64,000 nt of DNA from Octopus vulgaris (taxonomy: Eukaryota). The stretch is from assembly GCA_951406725.2 (NCBI GenBank), contig OX597820.1:105524001-105588000 (forward strand), given 5' to 3'. The translations under genes and the position numbers were made by a program. The notes beneath the pieces were generated by a model. It did no database searches and had not been told where the DNA came from. It worked only from the letters and a program-made list of their open reading frames with translations. Positions 40,163-51,443 of the stretch are shown piece after piece. Every line of letters begins with the position of its first letter. The first letter of the stretch is position 1.

Positions 40163-43100
40163 CTGTTGGAGTACAACATATGTGAATTATTATATATTAA
40201 CTCAAAATTCAACAACAAATAATTTCAACCTTTTTAATACCAACTTGCTCAAAACCACTCTGGTTGTATGATGAAAAATTGCTGTTTTGAAGTGATCTAA
40301 ATTAAAACCTTTAACCAAAATTCCATGTTAATTTATGTTTCAAACACCAGTTTAATAATGACAAATTTATTTTACTAAATACTTCATTATTTTCAAAATT
40401 AACTGCAACAAAAGGGTTAAATTCATTCTGGTTAGGATCCTCATACATAATATGAATAGGGAAAAATAATATGTAATTAATTAACAATAATCATGCAATA
40501 AGAAGAAATCAATAGTTCAATGACTAAAATTGGATAAACTAATCTTGGTAACTATGGGCAACAACCCCAGGCATGTCTACATTTCATTAGACCTTCTCAA
40601 TATTTGCCAGACTATTGATCATAGATTCACTATATTTATTTGTTTTTATATCTGTTTTCTAGCAAATATATTATTGAGGTACTGTTTTATAACCTGGTAC
40701 CCTTCCTGTCACTAACCGCTACTGGTTTTTCCACATAAGGTATCTCATTCTACAAAAGTCTTCAAAGAAACTAAACCATTAAACAATTTCTTGATAGGGG
40801 AAATAATAATTATATTCACTGCTTGTAGCTCAGTGATATTCAAAGAAGCACAATTGTAAACACTTCCAGACACATGCAAATGTACTTGCACAAACACACA
40901 CAACAGGCTTCTTTCATTTTCCATCTAGCTAAATCCACTCGAAAGTAGTTGGCCTGGGGTTATAGTCAAAGTCACTGACCCAAGTGCCTCATAGAGGACT
41001 TGTAACCACATCGTTGCAAAGTGAAATTCTCAACCACACTACTATGTCAGTGTTACTTTCAACAAATAATTTTAACATTGATGTACAATAATGTAGAGAC
41101 GGTACCAAACCATTTCATGTAGCAACAACTTTGAGATTATAATTTTTATACAAGGCTGTTTTTTTCATGTCACCAGCATAAATGAGGTTGTCATACATAC
41201 AGCTTGCAAGATTAAGATCTCACTGACTGGGTGAGACTATAGTACAGAAGGAGGCAGTTTTATGCTATTGGGATGAGGAATTGAAGTCTAAGAGAAGGAG
41301 ATATAACAAAACAGGTTTCTTGCTGTAAAAGAGCTACTCACGTCATAGAAGAGAGGGTTTTGGTTAGGGTAGAGCAGGAAATAAAGCAATGTAGTAGTGA
41401 TGCGGTATATGAGAGAACCCTCAATATATAAAGTGGGTGGATAGAGGCGGCAAAAATGTACAAGAGAATGATAGATGGTTGGAGATGGAGAATTAGTTAG
41501 TGGGTGATGAGGGATGATAAGTAAAGAAGGTAGGAAAGAGTAGGTGACAACAGTAGAAATTGGGCAGAGTTGAGTAGGGTAACCAATGACACACACAATA
41601 CATTCAGTTCATTATCAATCACTACACATATCTATAAATGCTTCATATAATCTTTCTTTCAAACCAAAAAGAAATATTTTTGTGGCCACTATGTAAGCAG
41701 TCACTTGAAATATTTTCACTACCATTAAACATTAGAAATTATGCTAACACTATTTCAAGCTCTATATTATGGTGTAGGCATGGCTGTGGCACTAAGAAAT
41801 CACGTGGTTTTGGATTTGGTTCCACTGTATGGTATCTTGGCTCCTCATCAAGAAGTTTGATGAGAGGGAGGAGGAGCTACATACTTTGGACATAGAAGGT
41901 GACTGGAAATTCCAATGGGACAGCTTGCTGAGTGCCACAGACCAAATCTGTGGATGGTGCAAAGTCCCTTCCAGACCTAGAGTTATGTGGTGGTGGAATA
42001 GTACGGTATACAAAACCATCAGAGCAAAGAAACAGGCCTGGAATGTCTGGAAGGGTGGTGGTAGCAGGGAACTGTACCAGGTAGCCAAAAGGGAGTCTGG
42101 ATAGCAGGTAAACATAGCCAAGGATGAAGCAGAAAAAAAGAAGTTTGCCAATGTCCAGTGACGCGAGGACCAAAGAAATGAGGTATTTCGGATTGCAAGA
42201 CAGAGTGTGAGAGAAAATTGTGATGTCACAGGAGAGAAAGGTGTCCACATGGATGATGGTGCACTTGCTTTTAATGATTCTGAAAAGAAAGAGGCTTGGA
42301 GAAGCCATTATGAAAGACTGCTGAATGTAGAGAATGAATGGGAGGAGGCAAGCCTGCCAAATGTTGACCCAGTAGAGGGACCAGATATCCAAATAGACAG
42401 CTCCCTGGTAGATAAAGCAATTAAGGGTATGAAGCTAGGAAAAGCTCCCAGCCCATCAGGAATCACTGAAGAGATGTTTAAAATATCTGGTGGTGTGGGC
42501 TATGGCCTAGACACCTGCATTATAAACCAGGTAGTTCATGATGGAGTCATACCCAATGACTGGCATAGTAGCACCATAGTTGACTGCTACAAGGGTAAAG
42601 GTGATACTCTAGATAGAAATAACTACAGGGATATCAAATTACTGGACCAGGTGATGAAGGTCACGGAGAGGGTCATAGCCCATCTCATTAGGGAGAGAGT
42701 CTGCTTAGATGAGATGCAGTTTCGTTTTGTGCCGGGTAGAAGCACCACTGATGCAATATTCCTGGTTTGACAACTGCAGGAGAAATTCCTAGCTAAAGAT
42801 AAACCCCTATACTTAGCTTTTGTGGACTTGGAGAAAGCCTTTGACAGGGTCCCCCAACCCCTTATCTGGTGGGCGATGTGGAAACTGGAGATCAACGAAT
42901 GGTTAATAAGGGCTGTACAGGCCCAAAACAGAGAGGCCGTTCGTAAGGTTAGGATTGGCAATGAGTATAGTGAAGAATTCTGGGTAGAAGTAGGAGTCCA
43001 CCAAGATTCATCCCTCGGTCTGCTTTTAATCATCATAGTCTTCCAGGCAATAACAGAGGAATTCAAGACGGGTTGCCCCTGGGAGCTCCTCTATGCTGAT

Positions 43101-46100
43101 GACCTGGCTCTCATAGCAGAATCACTACTGGAACTAGAAAAGAAATTTTGGGTGTGGAAGCAAGGTTTAGAATCAAAAGGCCTTAGAGTCAATGTAGCAA
43201 AGACCAAAGTTCTAGTAAGTAGGAAAGTGAACTCATCACACACACCCTCAGGTAGGTGGCCCTGCTCGATCTGTCGAAAAGGTGTAGGTAGAAACTCCAT
43301 AAGATGTACCCAGTGTAAGCTATGGGCACATAAGAGGTGCAGCAACATTAAAAGAAGATTAACTGAGAAGATAGCTTGTGTGTGTGACAGATGCATAGGG
43401 GCAATAGATACCACAGATGCACAGAAAGCAGATTCCATCACACTCCAGGGGAAGAAACCAGAAGTAGTTGATAGCTTCCACTACCTGGGTGACTAAGTTA
43501 GTAGTGGGAGTGGATGCTCAGAGTGTTACCACTAGAATGAGAATAGCTTGGGCAAAGTTTAGAAAGCTTCTACCCCTACTGGTGACAAAGGGTTCCTCGC
43601 TCAGAGTGAAAGGTAGATTGTACGATGCATGTGTGCAAACTGCCATGCTTCACAGCAGTAAAACAGGGGCTGTGACTGCAGAGGACATGTGTAGGCTCAA
43701 AAGAAATGAAGCTAGCATGATCCACTGGATGTGTAATGTCAGTGTGCACACACAACAGAGTGTAAGTGCCCTGAGAGAAATGTTGGACATAAGAAGCATC
43801 AGATGTAGCGTGCAAGAGAGACGTTTGCGCTGGTATGATCATGTACTATGGATGGATGAGGAGAGTTGTGTCAAGAAGTGCCACTCCCAAACAGTTGAAG
43901 GAATCCGGGGTAGAGATAGACTCAGGAAGACATGGGATGTGGTGGTCAAGCATGACCTTCGAATGTTGGGCCTCACAGAGGCAATGACGAAAGACCGAGA
44001 CCTCTGAAGATAAGCTGTGTCTGTGAAGACCCGACAAATAAAGTGAGTCCATGGTGTATCCTACACCAGCTTCACATAACCAGCTCCAGCCCATTCAAAG
44101 TACCTTGGATCATAGGACGACCTGGTGTGCTTGAGGAGACCTATTGAGTCAAGTATATCAACATCAACATCAAAATAAAAATCAAATGGAAATTATGTGC
44201 TGGTGGCACGTAAAAAGCACCATCTGAACGTGGCCAATGCCAGCGCAGCCTAGACTGGCTTCTGTACCGGTGGCACGTAAAAAGCACAACTGATTGTGGC
44301 TGTTGCCAGCCTCCCCTGGCCCCTGTGCCGGTGACACGTAAAAAGCACTCACTACACTCACGGAGTGGTTGGCATTAGGAAGGGCATCCAGCTGTAGAAA
44401 CACTGCCAGATCAGACTGGAGCCTGGTGCAGCCTCCTGGCTTCCCAGACCCCGGTCGAACCGTCCAACCCATGCTATCATGGAAAACGGACATTAAACGA
44501 TAATGATGGTGATGATGAATAGCACAAGCCAACCAAAGTCATATGATTAAGTTTGGCAAAATGAAATTAAAAGATGCCCATCATGTGTGTGTGTATACAC
44601 ACACATATAGACACATCATATATGTATGTGTGTGGGCATATTTATACGAGTTATTTCTTAGTTCCTTGTGTCTACACCTCTTTAGCTCACTGGCTTATAA
44701 ATGACTAACAGTATCATTTGCTTGTACAAAAGCATGTCCAAGCTGTTTGCTGTTTGATTGACTGGAAGAATATTACGTCATTTGGAAAAGGTGTGGGTTG
44801 GTGACAGGGTTGGCATCTAGCCATAGAAAACTCTACCACAACATACTCTCATTTGACCCTTGCAAGTATGGAAAAGTAGATGTTAAAACAATTATGATGA
44901 TATATTATCTTTAAGTAGAACTTCTGCTACTAATAGTTAGCTAATTATTTTCAGCTCAAAAACAAACTAAAAAGCAATTTCTGTATCAATAAGTAAAATG
45001 AAATAAATACCTATTGGACAGAAATAATTTGGTACTAGAAATTTAAACTTACATTTTATGAAATAGTTAGTAGAAGCATTTTCATAATCTTCAGTAACCT
45101 TTTTGCATTTTTGTGGAGCATTAGCACCTTCATACATAATGCATTCCATCTTTCGTTTACGAAGAATCTTCAAAATATTTGAATCAACGCTCCTAAAAGT
45201 TAAAAAAAATTTTAAATACAAAAAAAAAAAATATATATATATACACAGTTGATCATCTTTAAATTTTCAAGAGTATTGAACCACATTCAATTGTCTCTGA
45301 AGATAAACATGTATAATTATATATAAGTTTTTAGAAAGGATTCTTGATATGGTCACAATATTTAAAGAAGGATTTTCTTAAAATATAAAATTATTAATTA
45401 TATTAAAAAATCTTAAAAAGAGAAAAGAATAACACAAATCTTTTAGAAAGATTTCATATTGTGAAAGCTTGTTGTAGCTTTTCAAACATGTATTATAGGA
45501 TAATCTGTATAGAGGAGGTTGTTTTTAGCAGCACTGTTTTATATTTCCAGTTTATTTTGAGATTTAGAATTCTTATAAAGTATATATTTGTTGTGCAAAT
45601 ATATACTTATAAAGTACTCTTCTTTCTTCTTTTGTAGTTGATCATTTTCTTCCTTTAAATGGTAAAAAGAGAAGATTTTGAATTTTCCATTTATAGAACA
45701 TTTCTTGGAGATGAATCTTATTTGTTGTTCATGTACCCTCATCCAGTGTACTAATTTTGTTCTCGTTTAACCAATATAATTCTCCCTACCTTGTAGGCAT
45801 GTATGCAGTAAATGATATTTTGGATCTTTTCCGTTTGAACGGCACATGTCAACACAATTTCTAGTTAACTAAACACTTTTAAACTTCGTATACTGGTAGA
45901 ATGTGTCAAAATAAAACATTTTTTTCTCTTGGCTTTCTTGAGAAAATTGTAATTTGTAAGTTTAACGTAGTTTAATTTTTCGAATTTTAACCAATCAATG
46001 ACCTCTTTTGAGCTAAAATCATTTGCTGCGTCTAAAACTGAGAAAACATCCTGTCACTAACCCAAACCCTAACTCTAACACTAACCCTAAATTTTAGCCT

Positions 46101-49100
46101 TTCATTTTTTTTTCTTAATTGTTAAATTAATTTAATTGTTACGCGTGTGTCTAAAATTATTCGTTTTGTTTTTGTTTTGAGTTTTTGTTTTGAGATACTC
46201 GTGTATTGTTTAAACTATTTTCCATTGCTTAAGAAAAAAAATGAAAGGCAAAAATGAAAGCAATGGAAAATAATTTAAACAATTAACAAACAAAATAATT
46301 CTATAATTTTATACACACGCTTTCCGTACGTAAACATAACAGAGACAGGATGTTGTCTCAGTTTTAGACGCAGCAAATGATTTTAGCTCAAAAGAGAGTA
46401 TTGGGTGTTTTATTTTGTGGCCCCAGCAATATTGAAGTTACCACGTAACTCACAAGATCCAGATTGATTGAGTAGGACTGTAGAAGAGAGGGAGGTGGTT
46501 TTATGCTAGGTGTTAAGTTTAGGAATAGGATTCTTGCTGTAGAGTAAATATACATACTTCAGAATCTCTATGTGTCTAAATGATCTGCTAAAAATAGCAG
46601 CCTATTTTTTCTTAAATTCAAACTCTACTGCCTTAAAAATGGTACATTGGATATTGTGATCTTAGATACACTGTGTCTGAAAAAATGCAGAAAAAAAAGA
46701 AAAAGAGAGACATGGAGTGGTCACAGCTAAAAGACAAAGCCTTTGATCATGGGTTTCCTGAATCAAGGCTTAACAAGGGCCTAAAAAACATTACACACAC
46801 ATACACACAATTTGTATTGATTATAAACACTCCAAATTCAAGCACTGTTAGAAGATATGTATATACATTGAAATCAGAGAAACTGAAATTGATTAAAAGA
46901 AAATATAACAAATGAAATGACATGTAAGGTAGGACAAAAGATGCTATCATTTTATCTCTACATAATTCAGAACCTTCTAAATAACCTATAAAACCCAGAC
47001 AGCTTTAAAAAATGTTAAGCAACAGAAAAAGAATTTTTAACCTACCAGTCTCGTTTGAACTGTTGGTTAGCTTCAAACACACATACTACGTCATTAAATT
47101 CACACTGGTCGACGGTTGGCACTCTTCTGAATCGACGGTGATAAAAATAGTGTTTATTCCTACTTTGAAGTGGCTCAACGATTTTTTCTAAATAAAAAAA
47201 AAAAAAATAAAGAAAAAGAAAATTCAAAGCATCAAATGATGAGTATGATAAAATCCATGTTGTTGTTCATGTTGCTTACTTGCAGGTCTGCTCTTGTCCA
47301 TCCATCTTCTCTGCCCATTATTTCTGAGAGGGTCATTGGGAGCAGAGTCCTCAGGCTGTCATTAGAATTTCAAGTGTGACCAACTAGGACTATAGATATC
47401 TTCCAACCATTTTGTTCTTGGTATACCCTTAGTTTTCCTGCCAGTTTGAAGAATCCCTCTCACTATTCTTTCCTGTGACATTCTAATCACATGCCCTCAT
47501 TGAATAAAAAGAGAATATTATCACAGATCTTCCACCTATGAACCATCCTGCTTTTATATCCACGTAAACTGTGTGTGTCATTTGTTTGTTTTAAAAATGT
47601 TAGAGTGGAATGTGAGGGAAAGTTTCTGTTTCAAGCAAGTCCAGTGACTGCATAAAAGTTCTCTCATAGTGGTGGCAAGAATGGTGATGGTATTAAGAAA
47701 GATACAGATGGAAATATGTTTAGCAAGGAGATATTGAGTACATTTATTGATGGTCAACAATTTTTAATTAATCCATTACTACTGTGTTCATTTAAGTAAT
47801 ACTGCAGCAGTGGATCATGGACTGGCAACTCATGTACCACTATGTATTTTGAGAGGAGAAACCCAGAGTCCACCTATTCCCCCCCACAACACTAATCTCA
47901 AAAAGTCTTCATGTGAACGTGACCTGGGTGTTATTGTCGACAGTGATTTGCATTGGACAAAACACATCGCTAAAATTGTCAAGAAGGCTGAGGGTGTTTT
48001 GGCATCACTCACAAAGTCCTTTGTGAGCCGCTCTCCGACTATCTATCTGCGGGGCTTTATATAGCTATGGTAAGACCTCACCTGGAATTTGCATCACCTG
48101 CCTGGAACCCCCATCTTGCTCAGGATATCAATCGTCTGGAAGCTGTTCAGCGACGTGCAAGCAAAAGAATACCCTCCATCAGGCATCTGCCATATTCTGA
48201 GCGCCTTACTTCCCTGGGCATGGACACATTGAAACTCTGATGTCTGGCAGCTGACTTGGTAGACACCCATAAAATTATCAACCATCTTACAAACAATAAC
48301 TCTGAGCACCTTTTCGAACTCCACCCGTCTAACACCCGTGGACATATTCACAAAGTCAGAAAACAGCACAGCTCCCATGACTTTAGGAAACATTTTTTCA
48401 CGCTGAGAGTTGCTGAAGCATGGAACAAACTGCCAGCATCAGTTGTTAATTGTCAGAGCACTGCATCCTTCAAAACTTCCATGCTTTCTGAGATTCGCCA
48501 ACACTACACCTGATTTTCTCCCCTCCATACACACACAAGCATGTATCTGACTCATACACTGTTCACTTTCCAGACATTTGTACATTACTGCATATACTTT
48601 ATACGCACTTTCTGACAAGTTGTGGTGCACCTGAGCACTGTATACAATAATTTCATTATTATTATTATAATATCATCATTATCCTTTTATGTCCATTTTC
48701 TATGCTGGCACAAGGTGGTTGGGTCATTGCAGTTTAGTTATTTCCCACTGGGAGTGACTGGCTTTGAAGCCAAGGTGTCTTGGTGTTCATACATGTCATG
48801 TGGCTTGGTATTTATGGCTAGTATGGTTAGATGCTTTTCCTAATGTCAACCACTTTACACAGTATACTGGGTGCATTTTCTTATGGCATCACCAATTGAG
48901 AGGCTGAACAGTCATCTGTGAGACAGGACTAGAGGGACCTCATAACCATACACTTTCTCTGCTGATTTAGCCAACCACCTTATAGTGTGAACAGTAAAGG
49001 GAAGAATGATGCCTGAAATGGATATTTGAAGAGGAGAGAAAACCATGACATCTGAGGGATGAGATATATTTAGGGGTATTGTTGGTAGGAAAGTAAGTGG

Positions 49101-51007
49101 TAATGGCTGAAGTGGTAAAGGTAAGGGTGAGTGGGTGAAAAGAGCAAGAGTATGATGGGGGAAAAAGAGGCTATTTGAGTGGAGTCAGGGAGAATGGAAT
49201 GATTGGTAACAGCAGAGTTGAATGATGAGATAACTGCAAGAGTAGGTGAAGGCTGGAAATAGAGGTCTTTCAGAAAAGAAAGTGTTGGATGGTGGCACAG
49301 AATGGTGAAGTTTGAGTATATTTAAAAGGGAGATGACTGGTCTAGTATGACTATCTCTCTATATATATAGGTGTGTGTGCGTGCTTTGTGATATCATGAT
49401 AAGGGTGGCTAAAGTTTGAAGAATTATAGATCTTTTTCTTCTACTGACCAAGAAGCAGTATGGTTTCAAGTTGATAAGCATCAATAACTTGCAACTGGTA
49501 CTAAAATATCTTCTTCCATCTTTTAATGCTTTATACAGAAGTTGAAATTTATTTCCCTGTGATCATAATGATTTCAGGTTCTCCCCATGAAGATACATTT
49601 GAGTCGCTTACTGTTGTCTATACAAGCATAATTAATAACATGAATGCAGCAAACAAAATACTTTAATTACATACTACACCTGCTTCTTACAGCACTGAGC
49701 TGCACAGAACTAGTAAGAGTTGGGCCACAGAACAGCACAACGCAGCAGGTGAATGGATACAAACTATGGCATCACAGTCAGGTTTACCACAAGCTAAACT
49801 GCTAATCACAGACAATGGAAACAACTTAAAAACCATACAATTTAACAATAATGTATTGTTGCAAAGAGAAAAATAATCATCACTCAGTTTCTGCTCCACA
49901 ACTAACACATTCTCAGAAACTAAAACTCAAGTAATAGTATAATTTTGGTCAACAAATTTTTAGGTCTTCAAGTAATATTTCAAAATGGTACATTGGAACA
50001 CGTCCCTGTTGCTTTCTTCTGCTAAGCAGATGCACTTACAACACTACACAAAAGAAATATGTATCCATTTCAGTTAGAAAAAAGATAAGAGTCTATATTT
50101 TGAAGAAGTTATCAGAGTACTTGATTTTCTGTTATAATTTCTTTTAAGATGAATGAAATAGGGGAACTGCAATCTTCAACCAGAGTACCATGGCAACAGA
50201 CTGATGCTGACTGACAGTAGTATCTAAAGATGTTGTCGGATTTTCAGTTTTAACCTGTAATTGACTTGAAATATTGTTAAATAAAAATAATCTTTTACGT
50301 TCTCCTCACCTTGGTTTGGAGGCTAAAACAGTGTTATCATTTGTCTAATAATAATAAAACCCATTGATTGAGGGTCATGTTATTCAATCAGGTTTACCAC
50401 AGAAACTAAAGGTGATATTGACAGATATATTCCAAGACTGCCAAAATTTGAATTATGAAGTTAATAGACCTCAACAGAAAATTAAATTGGAGTTGCCCTA
50501 CAAATTTAAGATAGGTCGTGCAGAGATGTAACCGAAACAGAAAAATACTGACTGTAAGACTAATTCAGACTGACCAAAATTACTAAGAAAATAAGTGGTT
50601 AATATATTAACCAAATAAGTTTGTCCTTATAATTTCACCGTTTACTTTATTATCTTTAACCTTAACATTAATGACATGCATTAAAAAAAAGCCTTGTTGG
50701 AAAATAGTATTGCAAAATGAAAATAGAATAAATGTCGTTATTTAATAATTGTTTTCTCATAACAAAATAAACCGAGTTTTAAAAACACGGATTAAAAAAA
50801 AAAAGAACTCTTTCAACTTCAAGGGCAAAATCAAAACAAAGGTATTTAAATAAAGTTAATGCTTGACAGTTAATATAAAAGAAATTTAGTTATAAAGTGA
50901 CGAAGTTTACCTCTAAAAGCAGTCACTGGTTTATCTATGATCTTAAAAATGCTGAAAACAAATTTATTATAAGGAAGATCGCGGTCAACGGTGTCGTCTG
51001 CCACCAT
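40050..51007 (-). CDS. NDUFB10: NADH:ubiquinone oxidoreductase subunit B10 (PDSW), 163 aa, 4 coding exons
   Basis: Exons 51007-50911, 47187-47046, 45192-45053 and 40162-40050, all GT-AG and phase-consistent (492 nt). Protein contains IDKPVTAFRE..YFYHRRFRRVPTVDQC..CVFEANQQFKRDWSVDSNILKILRKRKMEC..YGELG..AYMKQKHRMIWERR. Confidence 0.93.
40229..40416. mobile_element. Possible piggyBac-type MITE
   Basis: tcaa|cctttt ... aaaaggg|ttaa termini. Confidence 0.4.
41821..44518 (+). mobile_element. RTE LINE, 5'-truncated, in NDUFB10 intron 3 (antisense)
   Basis: ORFs 42207-44007 are homologous to the 2781-3938 copy (DLEKAFD, LLYADD, CSIC..CTQC PHD-like). Stops present. (GAT)n tail. Confidence 0.93.
45053..45192 (-). 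CDS. NDUFB10: NDUFB10 exon 3
   Basis: ttttag|G..T|gtaagt. Encodes SVDSNILKILRKRKMECIMYEGANAPQKCKKVTEDYENASTNYFIK. Confidence 0.9.
46003..46397. mobile_element. MITE-like fold-back with (CCCTAA)-like tract
   Basis: About 50-bp arms ctcttttgagctaaaatcatttgctgcgtctaaaactgag / ctcagttttagacgcagcaaatgattttagctcaaaagag. Confidence 0.7.
47046..47187 (-). CDS. NDUFB10: NDUFB10 exon 2
   Basis: tatttag|AA..TG|gtaggt. Encodes EKIVEPLQSRNKHYFYHRRFRRVPTVDQCEFNDVVCVFEANQQFKRD. Confidence 0.92.
47880..48668 (+). mobile_element. CR1-clade LINE 3' end in NDUFB10 intron 1
   Basis: ERDLGVIVD..VRPHLEFA..LEAVQRRA..FFTLRVAEAWNKLP and an (ATT)n tail. A small related piece lies near 31130-31300. Confidence 0.88.
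50911..51007 (-). CDS. NDUFB10: NDUFB10 exon 1 (coding part)
   Basis: caaaATGG start. Encodes MVADDTVDRDLPYNKFVFSIFKIIDKPVTAFR. Donor G|gtaaac. Confidence 0.88.
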
Positions 51008-51443
51008 TTTGCCAACCCAGAACGACAAGGTTGTGAAATAACAAAGCTAACAGTATCAAGATTTTGAGCATTTAGGTAATTTAAAACCAAGAAGCATTAT
51101 AATTTTACATGTTAATTTTTAGTTACATTTTCACTATATTTAACGAATTAATTAAAAATAAAACAAACTTATTTGATACGAAAAGTGTATTTCAATTTGA
51201 CTCTTAATTCTTGTTCACAAATAATCTTTATAGTTTAGAATCACATATTTTTTAGTTTTAACACATTCTTGAATAATTTTTATTATAACTACTTTAGTGT
51301 ACATTTTCAGTTAATAGAAATTATTAAAAATTTTAATCATAAATCAAACTCTCGTAGTGTTGTGAACTTCGCGCGCGCAACCTTCTACTATATAAATCAC
51401 CACCCAATCGTCCACATTCTTTCTTTGCAGTTCGCTTGCTGTG
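51008..51443. promoter_or_regulatory. Bidirectional promoter NDUFB10/RPL3 with TATA and TCT/5'TOP start
   Basis: TATATAAA at 51389-51396, about 30 nt before the pyrimidine tract CTTTCTTT (51419-51426). gcgcgcgc element at 51371. Confidence 0.75.

Noticed and set aside
49778-50401. Repeated 14-mer TCAGGTTTACCACA (49778, 50388) as a C/D snoRNA guide or microexon in NDUFB10 intron 1
   Set aside because: Only one copy has a C box, there is no terminal stem, and a 14-mer repeat is plausible by chance in 64 kb.
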